Positions 1 to 8,807 of a stretch of DNA of 32,268 nt are shown piece after piece (the stretch's first letter is position 1; each line of letters begins with the position of its first letter). The stretch spans positions 1 through 32,268 of IMG/VR virus record IMGVR_UViG_3300012940_000069; one strand, written 5' to 3'. The DNA comes from a virus. Lineage: Duplodnaviria; Caudoviricetes. The notes below the pieces were generated by a model. That model ran no database searches. It had not been told where the DNA came from and saw nothing but the letters and a program-made list of their open reading frames with translations. Both the position numbers and the translations under genes were made by a program.

Positions 1-387
1 CCGCAAATTGCGGGATCTATTTCTATACAGGTTCCGTCCGGAGAACTTAGCGCCGTCGGGTTGGCACCAGCTCTTACCGGCGAAAACACTATTCGTCCTG
101 CGGCGGGTGCCCTTTCGATTACAGGCGTTACCCCTGTTCTAAGGAGAGGTACTTTGATTCAACCTCCTACAGGATCGTTAGGGTTGGCTGGACAAGTACC
201 CGACGTTCGTGTGCCCTTTTATATTCAACCGCCAAGCGGTAGTCTGGAGCTTGCAGGTCAGCTTTCACCGGGCGCCGGCGGGAGTGGTGACGGAACAGAC
301 GGAGGTACAGGAATCATCCTACGGCAGCCTGCAAGGCAGGCACTACGCAACCCCATACGCATTCCCTTGAGAGTTTTCCATGGCTGA
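1..387 (+). CDS. C-terminal part of a repeat-rich, probably virion structural protein (5' truncated by the window edge)
   Basis: Frame is open from base 1 (PQIAGSISIQVPSGEL...). Four ~22-aa repeats of the type IQ(V/P)P(S/T)G(E/S)LxLxGxxP, a Gly-rich linker and an RxP-periodic C-terminus. Stop overlaps the next start. Confidence 0.6.
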   Translation, partial: PQIAGSISIQVPSGELSAVGLAPALTGENTIRPAAGALSITGVTPVLRRGTLIQPPTGSLGLAGQVPDVRVPFYIQPPSGSLELAGQLSPGAGGSGDGTDGGTGIILRQPARQALRNPIRIPLRVFHG

Positions 388-976
388 AAGCGCTGGAATT
401 AAGCGAGTTTCTATTAAGCACGAAGCGATTATTGATTTTCTAATCGCTAACCCTACGATGCGCCTTAGAGATGTTGCAGCGCACTTTGGTGTTACACAGC
501 CGTGGCTCAGCTGCATCATTCATAGCGACGCCTTTCAAACTTTGCTGCGTGAGAAGCAGGGTGTGGTGTTTCATCATACTGTCCTTCCTATTCGGGAGAA
601 GATGATGAACATTGGGCACATGGCACTCGATAAGCTTGCTGAGCAGCTTCCAATGGAAACTGATACTCGGACCATTGCGAACGTTGCAGAAAGCGTCCTT
701 GATCGCCTTGGATTTGGCACTAAGGGTGCAGTCGTTAATATCAACAACACTGTTCAAAACACACAAGTAAACGTCTTGCGCGATGAGCTTGAAGCGGCAC
801 GCGCTCTCATTGGCAAGACTGAAAGACCTCGATTGGAGGTAGTTATAGATGGTGAGCGAACTGGTGTCGCGCTACCAGTACCGAGTCAAACCGACCTGGG
901 CGCATCCAATTCAGGAAAAGCACTTGCCGTTTCGCCCTTTCGAGCCGAAGGGGGCGCTGGCAAAGAGGGGAGTTAA
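380..976 (+). CDS. Putative terminase small subunit (N-terminal HTH)
   Basis: HTH-like LRDVAAHFGVTQPWLSCII, helical middle ending in VLDRLGFG, position upstream of TerL. Confidence 0.65.
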   Translation: MAESAGIKRVSIKHEAIIDFLIANPTMRLRDVAAHFGVTQPWLSCIIHSDAFQTLLREKQGVVFHHTVLPIREKMMNIGHMALDKLAEQLPMETDTRTIANVAESVLDRLGFGTKGAVVNINNTVQNTQVNVLRDELEAARALIGKTERPRLEVVIDGERTGVALPVPSQTDLGASNSGKALAVSPFRAEGGAGKEGS

Positions 977-1367
977 ACATGAACGCAAAGCGCATGTACG
1001 ATTCACTGAGCTCTACGAGCTTTCATACATCCCATCCGTTTGGTTTGCTTATGGCTGTCGAACCAGCGACGGAACACGATACTGCCAACTTGATGGTTTG
1101 TTTGCAGACTACAGACGGAAAACTCTATGTATTGTCGAGTGTAAATTTCGACATACAAGCGAGGCATATTGGCAGACCGAGAACCTGTATGTGCCCGTCG
1201 TGCGCACTTGGCTTGGCATGGAAGGATGTCGATTTTGGTCTATCGCAGTATGTGAAGTCGTACACTGGTTCGACCCGAGTGAGCGTTTTCCGACGCATGT
1301 CCAACTTGTTGAAGACCTCACGCTTGTCCGCCCAGACCGATTCAATGTTCATATCTTAAGGCCTTAG
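849..1367 (+). CDS. PD-(D/E)XK-family endonuclease
   Basis: Motifs E...CQLDG...IVECK. GGAGGT Shine-Dalgarno at 835-840, 8 nt before the ATG. Stop directly abuts the TerL start. Confidence 0.7.
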   Translation: MVSELVSRYQYRVKPTWAHPIQEKHLPFRPFEPKGALAKRGVKHERKAHVRFTELYELSYIPSVWFAYGCRTSDGTRYCQLDGLFADYRRKTLCIVECKFRHTSEAYWQTENLYVPVVRTWLGMEGCRFWSIAVCEVVHWFDPSERFPTHVQLVEDLTLVRPDRFNVHILRP

Positions 1368-2888
1368 ATGAGCGCAGCAGAAGAAACAGTCAGGCTCGAA
1401 CTGCCACGCAGTGAAGTCCTAAAGCTCGCTGCGGTGGATGACCTTTTCTACTGCCGTCAGTTCTTCCCGAAGACCTTTAGGCAGAAGTCGCCTGAGTACC
1501 ATCGAGACTTTTGGTACCACTTTAATAATAACGAGCGTGACTTCTTTGCAGCTGAAATCTTCCGTGGCGGGGCCAAGACTACGCTTACGCGGGCAGGTCT
1601 GTCAAAGAAGATTGGCTTTGGGTTGACTAGAAACACGCTTTCAATTGCCATTAATGAGACGATGGCGTCGCATACTGTTCGCTGGATCAAGCGGCAGGTA
1701 GAAATGCAATCTTATTGGGCGACCATCTTCGACATTCGCAAGGGAACGACTTGGCGTGACGACTGGATCGAGCTGATTAATGTTCCCTTTGACATGAGGA
1801 TTAATGTCGTCGCTAAGGGCATGACTTCTGGCATTCGAGGGCTTAACCTTGACGACTGGCGACCAGACTTCATTATCTGCGACGACATCTCAAACGAAGA
1901 AACCACAGGAACCCCTGAGCAGCTTGAAAAGCAGGCTGATCTGTTCTTCGGAACTATCGTCCCTGCTATGGCTCCAAAGTCAGAAGCTCCAAATCGCAAA
2001 CTTGCGCTCCTGCAAACGGGACTGCACAAGGACGACATCATAAATCAGGCGCACAAGGACTCGCGCTTCTTTACTGTTAAGTATCCAAAGCTTGTATACG
2101 ACGCAGTAACAGGTGAGCCTCGATCAGCCTGGCCAGAACGCTATCCGCTTGAAGAGGTTCTTGCAGAGCGCGAAGCGTATATTAGGAAGAAACAGTATCA
2201 TATCTGGCTAAGGGAATTTGGCTGCAAGATCATCTCTAAGGAAACGGCAGCCTTCGACCCGACGTGGCTGAGATATTGGACGTCTCTGCCGACGGACCTG
2301 ATTTACTACGTTGGCCTCGACCCAGCGAGTGACTCGAAAAAGAAGCAGGCGCATCGAACTGCCCTTTGTGTAATTGGGGTAAGTGCGCGTACAGGTGACA
2401 TCTACATCGTGGAGTATCTTGCGGAGCAAAGCAAGAACCCCGAAGAAATGTGGACTTGGCTTGTGCGCGTGAAACGACAGTATAGGCCTCGGATCATTGC
2501 TGTTGAAACTGTTGCCTTCCAGCGCATACTTGCTTGGTATTTTAGGCAAAAGATGCAGGCGGAAAATTTCTACTTCACTATTCGAGAGTATGACGACCGC
2601 CGCAGAAAGCCTGACCGTATTCGGCAAGCGTATACGGATTTCGCTTCAAACGGTAAGCTTTGGGTCAATGAAAACCACACAGAGTTCGTGCAAGGATTCA
2701 CGGACTTTAAGGATGATGTAGATTGGGACTTGGGCGACGCAGGCGCAATGGCTATCGGCGCCGCGAATCCCTGGTTGTTCGTCCCAACTAACACGGAAAT
2801 CCAAGATGAAGACAAAGCAATTGACGACTTCATCACGCAGGAAGAGGCTGCGATCCCTGAGCTGCAATACGAAGGGGGAGCTCCCTAA
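1368..2888 (+). CDS. terL: Terminase large subunit
   Basis: Walker A-like FRGGAKTT, IRGLN, Walker B FIICDD, RNase H-like nuclease YVGLDPAS, ETVAFQ and DLGDAGAMA. Confidence 0.95.
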   Translation: MSAAEETVRLELPRSEVLKLAAVDDLFYCRQFFPKTFRQKSPEYHRDFWYHFNNNERDFFAAEIFRGGAKTTLTRAGLSKKIGFGLTRNTLSIAINETMASHTVRWIKRQVEMQSYWATIFDIRKGTTWRDDWIELINVPFDMRINVVAKGMTSGIRGLNLDDWRPDFIICDDISNEETTGTPEQLEKQADLFFGTIVPAMAPKSEAPNRKLALLQTGLHKDDIINQAHKDSRFFTVKYPKLVYDAVTGEPRSAWPERYPLEEVLAEREAYIRKKQYHIWLREFGCKIISKETAAFDPTWLRYWTSLPTDLIYYVGLDPASDSKKKQAHRTALCVIGVSARTGDIYIVEYLAEQSKNPEEMWTWLVRVKRQYRPRIIAVETVAFQRILAWYFRQKMQAENFYFTIREYDDRRRKPDRIRQAYTDFASNGKLWVNENHTEFVQGFTDFKDDVDWDLGDAGAMAIGAANPWLFVPTNTEIQDEDKAIDDFITQEEAAIPELQYEGGAP

Positions 2889-4786
2889 TGCTGAGTGTTA
2901 AAGTCTCCTACGGCAGCAAGCTGCACGATAATATTAAGAATGCCATCTGCGAGCGGAAGAAATTTTCTGCGCGTAAGATGAAGCTTTATCATCGTCAGTG
3001 GGATGACGCTGACGACTCGATGCGGGCGTATATTCGAGAGCGCGAGCTTGATCGTAAGCGTAAAGACAAAAAGCGCTACGACGGTGAAGTAGATTACGTT
3101 ACGCTCGAAGTCCCATACGTCTCTGCTATTGTTATGACGGCGCACACCTATTATACAAGTGTGCTCCTTAGTCGTAGCCCAATTTTTCAGTTTACCGGTC
3201 GCCATGGCGAAAGCCAAGATTCCATTATGGCTGTTGAAGCTGTAATGGATTATCAAGTTAAGTCTGGTGGTATGGTGCCAGTTTTATATAACTGGCTGTA
3301 CGATATGGCCAAGTATTCGCTTGGCATTATTGGAACCTATTGGGAGGAAGAGGAAAAGATCGTCTCCCGCTACGTCAAGCAGCAAGTAGTGGTGAACGGA
3401 ATTCCCTTCGCTGGTACGCAGAACGTCCTAACGCAGGAAATTGTTAAGGGTTACGTTGGAAACAAGTTGTTCAACGTGCGTCCTTACGACTTCTACCCTG
3501 ACCCTCGCGTTCCAATTTGGCGTTTCCAGGAAGGAGAGTTTTGCATCAGGGATACCAGCGAAGGGTATTTCGAAATCCTTGCGACGGAGCACACATATCC
3601 AGGATATTACATTAACCTGGATAAGTTGGCGCATCTTATAAAGTCGGGTAGTTCGGATTGGACCTACGGTAGTCCGCGAGTGGAACTGCCCTTGGCTCCT
3701 GGTGAAGAGAATCCTCCGGGACCTGGATTCTTTAAAATTACGGATGCTTACATTAAGCTCATTCCGAAGGTTTGGGGGCTTGGTGATTCCAGTCGGATCG
3801 AGCTTTGGTGCTTCCAGCTTGCAAACGACGAAGTTATCATCAGCGCAAAACCGCTAGGCCTTTACCACAACAAGTTTCCCTATGCTGTAATGGAAGGGAA
3901 CTTTGGCTCCGATGAGTTTGCTAAGTATGGAACTATTGAGGTTATCCGCCCATTGACGGATATTCTTACTTGGCTTATCAACTCGCACTTTTATAACGTC
4001 CGTCGAATCCTAAACAATCAGCTTGTGTTCGATCCGAGTCGTGTCACGGTGAAGGATCTCACAAAACCTGGACAGCGGCTCATTCGTCTGAAGCCCTCTG
4101 CATACGGAACCGACCCAAGGCTGGCTATTCATCAGTTGCAGATGTACGATGCAACTGCGAACCACCTGGCAAACGCGCAGTATATCGAACAGATGATTCA
4201 GCGCGTAAGTGCTGTTGTGGACCAGGTCATGGGTATTACTGACCACGGGTCACGGCGGAGTGCAACTGAGGCGCGAATTGGGGCCAATTCAAGTGTAAGT
4301 CGCTTGAAGACACCGATTGAGTACAATTCCTACTTGGCGTTCGATCCGCTCGCTGAGATGCTTATCTCAAATACACAGCAATTGATGTCTGAAGAGCGGA
4401 AGTACGCTATTGCAGGAAACACTCTTGCGACAGCAAACGCCTTTCTTACGGTTGGGCCGGAGCAGATTGCAGGTGCATACAACTTCGTTCCAGTCAACGG
4501 GACTGCCCCGATCGATCGGCTTGCTCAAGCGAATTTCTGGAAAGAGCTACTCGTTCAAATTGCTCGTGTTCCTCAAGTTGCAGCTGGCCTTGACATTATA
4601 GGTATGATCGGGCATACGATGATGTTGCAAGGAGAAAGAAACTTCGATCGTTTTCGTATTCAGGTTATGCCGCCTGGGGCTGGTCCTGGGCCTGGCATGG
4701 TGCCTGTTGGAGGACAGCCGCTTGCAAACAGACAACCATCAGGGTTTGGGGGACACCCTTCGGGAACTTCAGGAGGAACAATCTAA
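2888..4786 (+). CDS. Portal protein
   Basis: 632 aa immediately after TerL (TAATG coupling). Motifs PYDFYPDP, FPYAVME and RRSATEA are typical of P22/SU10-type portals. Confidence 0.9.
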   Translation: MLSVKVSYGSKLHDNIKNAICERKKFSARKMKLYHRQWDDADDSMRAYIRERELDRKRKDKKRYDGEVDYVTLEVPYVSAIVMTAHTYYTSVLLSRSPIFQFTGRHGESQDSIMAVEAVMDYQVKSGGMVPVLYNWLYDMAKYSLGIIGTYWEEEEKIVSRYVKQQVVVNGIPFAGTQNVLTQEIVKGYVGNKLFNVRPYDFYPDPRVPIWRFQEGEFCIRDTSEGYFEILATEHTYPGYYINLDKLAHLIKSGSSDWTYGSPRVELPLAPGEENPPGPGFFKITDAYIKLIPKVWGLGDSSRIELWCFQLANDEVIISAKPLGLYHNKFPYAVMEGNFGSDEFAKYGTIEVIRPLTDILTWLINSHFYNVRRILNNQLVFDPSRVTVKDLTKPGQRLIRLKPSAYGTDPRLAIHQLQMYDATANHLANAQYIEQMIQRVSAVVDQVMGITDHGSRRSATEARIGANSSVSRLKTPIEYNSYLAFDPLAEMLISNTQQLMSEERKYAIAGNTLATANAFLTVGPEQIAGAYNFVPVNGTAPIDRLAQANFWKELLVQIARVPQVAAGLDIIGMIGHTMMLQGERNFDRFRIQVMPPGAGPGPGMVPVGGQPLANRQPSGFGGHPSGTSGGTI

Positions 4787-5132
4787 ACTCCATTCCCTAA
4801 AGGAGCACCCGGGTTATGTATACCTCATGGAAATCTTCCGTGCCCAGCGCGATACCAGGATACAAAGTCTCGTCCTCACGCCGCTCAAGGCCATGGACGA
4901 GGTTTTGGAGCAAGAGTACAAAAAGGGTGAAATCCACTCTTTTGAGCTTGCTGTTGCGCTTGTGGACCTTCGGCTTGATGACCTTAACCAACAGATCAAG
5001 ATTCTAACAAAGGAGATCGAAAATGCTTCTGCGTCATCTACTCCACCTTCAGACCCGCTTGATGGACCCGGAGCCTGGGACGAGCGGCTCGACCTCAGCC
5101 CCGAGTTCGACCCCGACGGCCTCGGAACCTAG
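4707..5132 (+). CDS. Small helical protein between portal and scaffold (start codon uncertain)
   Basis: Coiled-coil-like, LKEHPGY and EYKKGEI motifs. Occupies the portal-scaffold slot common in podoviruses. Confidence 0.6.
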   Translation: MEDSRLQTDNHQGLGDTLRELQEEQSKLHSLKEHPGYVYLMEIFRAQRDTRIQSLVLTPLKAMDEVLEQEYKKGEIHSFELAVALVDLRLDDLNQQIKILTKEIENASASSTPPSDPLDGPGAWDERLDLSPEFDPDGLGT

Positions 5133-6078
5133 CACTACTTCTACTTCTACTCCCAATTCCACTGAGCCGAGTGGCGGCGGCTTTGATTTTGAGGCGCTTG
5201 CCAATTATACGGACGAAGCGCCTTCGTCGCCAACAAGTTCTGGGGCGGGAGCTTCGCTGCCAACCGAGACGCCTACCAGTCAGCCTGCACAGCCGACGAC
5301 GCCACCGTCCGCTAGTGCCGCTACTGCTACGCCATCTCCAGTGCAGCAGGCTCCCGCCTCAACTCAAGGAGCTGCACCCCAGCAGTCTCCGCAAGGGCAG
5401 CCTCAGGTTCAATCGCCTGAGCCTGCGCCGCAACAGGCCACGCAGCCTGCGACTCCGCCGGCAACCTCGCAGCCGACGGCAGAGCAGATTGCGCAGAGCT
5501 TTCAACAGCATCGAGAGCAGTTCCTGCCTCAACTTGAACAATTGTACAAGATTGAGGGGAACTGGGACTCGAATACGATTGACGAGCTCAGGACGAATCC
5601 TGAAAAAGTTCTCCCTAAACTTGCCGCAAACCTTCATTACGAAATGCAGCTTGCGACGTACAACTCTATCATGCAGGCGTTGCCGACCGTTGTCTCGACG
5701 ATCATCGATCAGCGTCGAACAGTGGATCGCTACACTGACATGTTCAGGCAGATGTACCCGCAACTGCATGAGAAGAAGGAGTATGAAGCAGCCGCTGAAA
5801 ATGCGATCAAAGTCATTCGACAGACTAACCCTCAACTATCAATGGAGGAAGTTCTGAAGCGTGCAGGCGTAGCTGCCTGTCTGGCTTTGGGGTTGCAGCT
5901 GCCTACAAGTGCAGCTCCTGCGCCAGCTCCGACTCCTGCTCCCGCTCCGCGGATTCCGCCCCCAGGGCGTCCTGCTGGCATCGGAGCAGCGTCTTCAGTA
6001 ATTCCTCCGGCTAGTCAGAATGACGCTGAAAGCCTTTTCGGTGAGATTGTAGATGCGGTGAGGCAGGGAATCGCCTAA
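5023..6078 (+). CDS. Capsid scaffolding protein
   Basis: AAGGAG SD. Long P/S/T/Q-rich disordered N-terminus, helical core, Pro-rich linker and short C-terminal helix. Directly upstream of MCP. Confidence 0.8.
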   Translation: MLLRHLLHLQTRLMDPEPGTSGSTSAPSSTPTASEPSTTSTSTPNSTEPSGGGFDFEALANYTDEAPSSPTSSGAGASLPTETPTSQPAQPTTPPSASAATATPSPVQQAPASTQGAAPQQSPQGQPQVQSPEPAPQQATQPATPPATSQPTAEQIAQSFQQHREQFLPQLEQLYKIEGNWDSNTIDELRTNPEKVLPKLAANLHYEMQLATYNSIMQALPTVVSTIIDQRRTVDRYTDMFRQMYPQLHEKKEYEAAAENAIKVIRQTNPQLSMEEVLKRAGVAACLALGLQLPTSAAPAPAPTPAPAPRIPPPGRPAGIGAASSVIPPASQNDAESLFGEIVDAVRQGIA

Positions 6079-6099
6079 CCACTTTGGAGTTTTGCAGAC

Positions 6100-7320
6100 A
6101 TGCCTGACAACAATGGCTTTTTTGCCGGCCTGCGGGGGACCGGTTCCTATGGTACAGACGAGCGTCCGAAGAACTTTCGGGAGATGATCCTTTGGCTTCA
6201 GCCGAACGGAAAGGCTCCTCTCTTCGCTCTGACTTCCAAGGCACGGACTCAGCGGACTGACGATCCTGAGTTCGCTTGGTGGGAAGAGGTAATGACCATT
6301 TGCAGGGTGCGCGTCAATAACCTTGGAGGTTATAATAACGCAGCCACAGTTCTTACTGTGGATGGCGGAGATGCGCGGGAGCTGATTCCAGGCGACCTTC
6401 TCCAGTATGAGAAGCCGACGGAGACGGGGCTTTACGATAACGAAATCCTTCGTGTCGTGAGTGTTCAGTCTGCTACGCAGATTACCGTTACGCGCGGCTT
6501 TGCTGGAACCACTCCAGGCAGCCTTGCGGATGATGCCTGGCTGATGCGTGTGGGTAATGCGCAGTCGGAAGGTAACCTTTCGATTTCGTCCTCCTCCACG
6601 AACCCGGTCAAGTTCAAGAACTACACCCAGATCTTCAAGACTCCTTATCAGATCACCAAGTCTGATTTGGAGACAAAGAAGCGGACGGGTGATCCCAAAA
6701 AGAACGAGCAGAAGCGCAAGAGCTTCCAGCATGCTGAGAAGATCGAGCAGCAGCTCTTCTGGGGTATCGCTTCCGAGACGACAGACTCGACGAACAACAA
6801 CATGCCCCTTCGCACGACGATGGGCCTGCGGTCGTTCATCCAGTCCAACGTCAAAATCTGGTCTACGACTCCGACGGAGGATGAGTTCATCGACTTCGTT
6901 GCGCCCGTCTTCGACTACGAAAGTGGTGAAGCGGGGAACGAGCGGTTGGTGTTTTGTGGAAACGGGTTCTTGAACAAGCTCAATCAGCTTCGCCGAGACC
7001 ACAATAACACTAACATCAACTACCAGGGGGATATTACGTACTTCGGCATGGACCTGCAGAAGTTCAAGATCCCGCAGGGTACACTGTACATCAAGTCTCA
7101 CCCGCTGATGAACGTGCACCCTGTGTACAAAAACTCGTTCTTCGTCGTTAACGGCGCCGGTATCATCTACCGTCCCCTTGGTGGCCGCGACACGAAGCTG
7201 GAAACCAACATCCAGCCAAATGATGCGGACTACATCAAGGATCAGTGGCTGACGGAGTGTGGCTTTGAGTTCCACTTCGAACGCACCTTCGCCTATGGCG
7301 GCGGGTTCACTGACCACTAA
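6100..7320 (+). CDS. Major capsid protein (SU10/DUF5309-type, HK97 fold) with an inserted beta domain
   Basis: Motifs NYTQIFK, IEQQLFWG, RTTMGL, TYFG...IPQGTL..KSHPL and WLTECG. Strong C-ending codon bias. GGAG SD. Confidence 0.92.
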   Translation: MPDNNGFFAGLRGTGSYGTDERPKNFREMILWLQPNGKAPLFALTSKARTQRTDDPEFAWWEEVMTICRVRVNNLGGYNNAATVLTVDGGDARELIPGDLLQYEKPTETGLYDNEILRVVSVQSATQITVTRGFAGTTPGSLADDAWLMRVGNAQSEGNLSISSSSTNPVKFKNYTQIFKTPYQITKSDLETKKRTGDPKKNEQKRKSFQHAEKIEQQLFWGIASETTDSTNNNMPLRTTMGLRSFIQSNVKIWSTTPTEDEFIDFVAPVFDYESGEAGNERLVFCGNGFLNKLNQLRRDHNNTNINYQGDITYFGMDLQKFKIPQGTLYIKSHPLMNVHPVYKNSFFVVNGAGIIYRPLGGRDTKLETNIQPNDADYIKDQWLTECGFEFHFERTFAYGGGFTDH

Positions 7321-7330
7321 GGAGAGATGA

Positions 7331-7819
7331 GTGGCCCTCGGAGACCTGAGTTGGGATGAAACTGATCGCCAATGGGGCGATGCTAGCGCCGTTTATTCGG
7401 AGGCTAAGCCAGTCGCCATCATAGGTGATAGGTTCTACCAATTCGATTCGGGGGTTACTTTTGCGGCCGGTCCGGTCGAAGTTTCTTTGACTCGGACCGG
7501 CCTTACTATCCTAGGACAGGATAGGTTCGGTCAGTGGGAAATTGACCCAAGTATTATCAAAATGGTCCTTGGAATGTGGCCTGTGTTCAGGGCTGCAAAA
7601 GGAACAGTCGTACAGCTGTGGGTTGGTGGACAAGATAGCGCGGATGAAGAAATCACTTGGGAAGGCCCATATGATTTCCAGATTGGGGTGGACGACTTCC
7701 AAGATTTTACTGTGAGTGGGCGCATGATCGCAGTAAGGTTTACTTCCAAAGGACAGCTACCCTGGGAGTTGTTGTCGTATGACTTGGATATTGTCCCCGT
7801 CGGAGAACGACACTCATAA
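7331..7819 (+). CDS. Tail nozzle/stabilisation protein, C-terminal fragment encoded as a separate gene
   Basis: GTG start with an AAGGAG SD overlapping the MCP stop. WD....QWG, WEGPYDFQIG, SGRMIAVRF and W.L.SYDL....GER match, from recall, the C-terminal ~150 aa of LUZ24/PaP3-type ~510-aa tail proteins. Confidence 0.75.
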   Translation: MALGDLSWDETDRQWGDASAVYSEAKPVAIIGDRFYQFDSGVTFAAGPVEVSLTRTGLTILGQDRFGQWEIDPSIIKMVLGMWPVFRAAKGTVVQLWVGGQDSADEEITWEGPYDFQIGVDDFQDFTVSGRMIAVRFTSKGQLPWELLSYDLDIVPVGERHS

Positions 7820-7832
7820 GAAAGGTACAAAT

Positions 7833-8006
7833 ATGGAAGGTCGTGTCATTGCTGGTGTAGCTGCGGGTGGGGGCTCGGTAATTGCAAGCGTAACATCTTG
7901 GCTTACTGTAGCGGAGCAGGTGTTGCAAATCGCCTCGACGGTTGTCGCACTCGTCGCAGGTGTCGTTTCTCTAATCCTTCTTCTGAAAAAGAAGAGCAGG
8001 GACTAA
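7833..8006 (+). CDS. Putative holin (57 aa)
   Basis: ATG at 7833 with AAGG upstream. Hydrophobic segments and a basic KKK C-tail. Ends 1 nt before the endolysin. Confidence 0.7.
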   Translation: MEGRVIAGVAAGGGSVIASVTSWLTVAEQVLQIASTVVALVAGVVSLILLLKKKSRD

Positions 8007-8007
8007 C

Positions 8008-8403
8008 ATGCCAAAGTTTAGCAAGCTGTCGGAAGAAAGACTCTCGACCTGCGACTCGAGACTACAGCTTATTCTCAAAGAAGCGATTGAGCTGATAGAT
8101 TTCACGGTTCTCGAGGGGCATCGTGGTAAGGAAGCTCAGGACGAAGCTTTCCGTAAAGGAACGTCACAGCTTCCTTGGCCCAAGGGAAAGCATAATGCTT
8201 TGCCTTCGCGAGCAGTAGACATTGCGCCATATCCGATTGACTGGAACGATACTCATCGCTTTGCCTTTCTGATGGGTCTCGTTGCAGGAATTGCGAAAAA
8301 GCACAATGTCAAGGTCCGCTTCGGTTTGGACTGGAATCGGAACGGGAAGATTAATGACGAGAAGTTTAAGGACTTCCCACACGTGGAGCTAGACGAGCCA
8401 TGA
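8008..8403 (+). CDS. Endolysin, M15-family (L-Ala-D-Glu) peptidase
   Basis: HR...Q, KHN..PSRAVD and DFPHVEL zinc-peptidase motifs. Confidence 0.92.
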   Translation: MPKFSKLSEERLSTCDSRLQLILKEAIELIDFTVLEGHRGKEAQDEAFRKGTSQLPWPKGKHNALPSRAVDIAPYPIDWNDTHRFAFLMGLVAGIAKKHNVKVRFGLDWNRNGKINDEKFKDFPHVELDEP

Positions 8404-8780
8404 TACCCATTCTAGGTGAAATTGTTGAAGCTGCGGCTGGATACTTCAAGGCTCGGCAGGAGCGAAAAGTACGGGAAGCTGAAATTGACGGTAAGCTACA
8501 GGAAATTAAGCTCCAGGCAATGAGCGCGGCGGAAAACGCCGAAATTGCATTGAGTATTGCGCAGGTCAACACTGCCAAGTGGCGTGCAGATTGGTTTACC
8601 TTTCTGTTTTCCATCCCACTCATTATGGCCTTCCATCCCAAAACTGCAGCAATCGTTAAGGCTGGTTTTGAAGTCCTTGATGGAATGCCAACGTGGTATA
8701 AGGTTTACCTCGGCAGCGCCGTTGCTGCATCGTTCGGCTTGTACACGTTGAATCGTGTGTGGCAGTGGTGGCATAGTTGA
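8400..8780 (+). CDS. Holin-like membrane protein (3TM/GTA-holin type)
   Basis: N-terminal amphipathic helix, coiled coil, W(R)ADW..., two hydrophobic segments and P.WY...LG...AASFG. ATGA overlap with the endolysin. Confidence 0.7.
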   Translation: MIPILGEIVEAAAGYFKARQERKVREAEIDGKLQEIKLQAMSAAENAEIALSIAQVNTAKWRADWFTFLFSIPLIMAFHPKTAAIVKAGFEVLDGMPTWYKVYLGSAVAASFGLYTLNRVWQWWHS

Positions 8781-8807
8781 TAGCAAATACGCATGGGTTT
8801 TTGCTAT
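8776..8807 (+). repeat. 32-bp palindromic element, copy A
   Basis: GTTGATAGCAAATACGCATGGGTTTTTGCTAT. 29/32 identical to the reverse complement of 23487-23518. Confidence 0.85.

Noticed and set aside
5171-5857. 228-aa Arg-rich alternative-frame ORF in the scaffold gene
   Set aside because: Frame-shifted reading of a Pro/Ala/Gln-rich low-complexity region.
5995-7317. 440-aa antisense ORF opposite the major capsid gene
   Set aside because: In-register shadow of a strongly codon-biased gene. No recognisable motifs or SD.
7310-7335. Frameshift or readthrough fusion of MCP to the downstream ORF (T7 10B-like)
   Set aside because: The downstream ORF is in the +1 frame with a TGA (7328-7330) immediately before its GTG, and no slippery site was seen.
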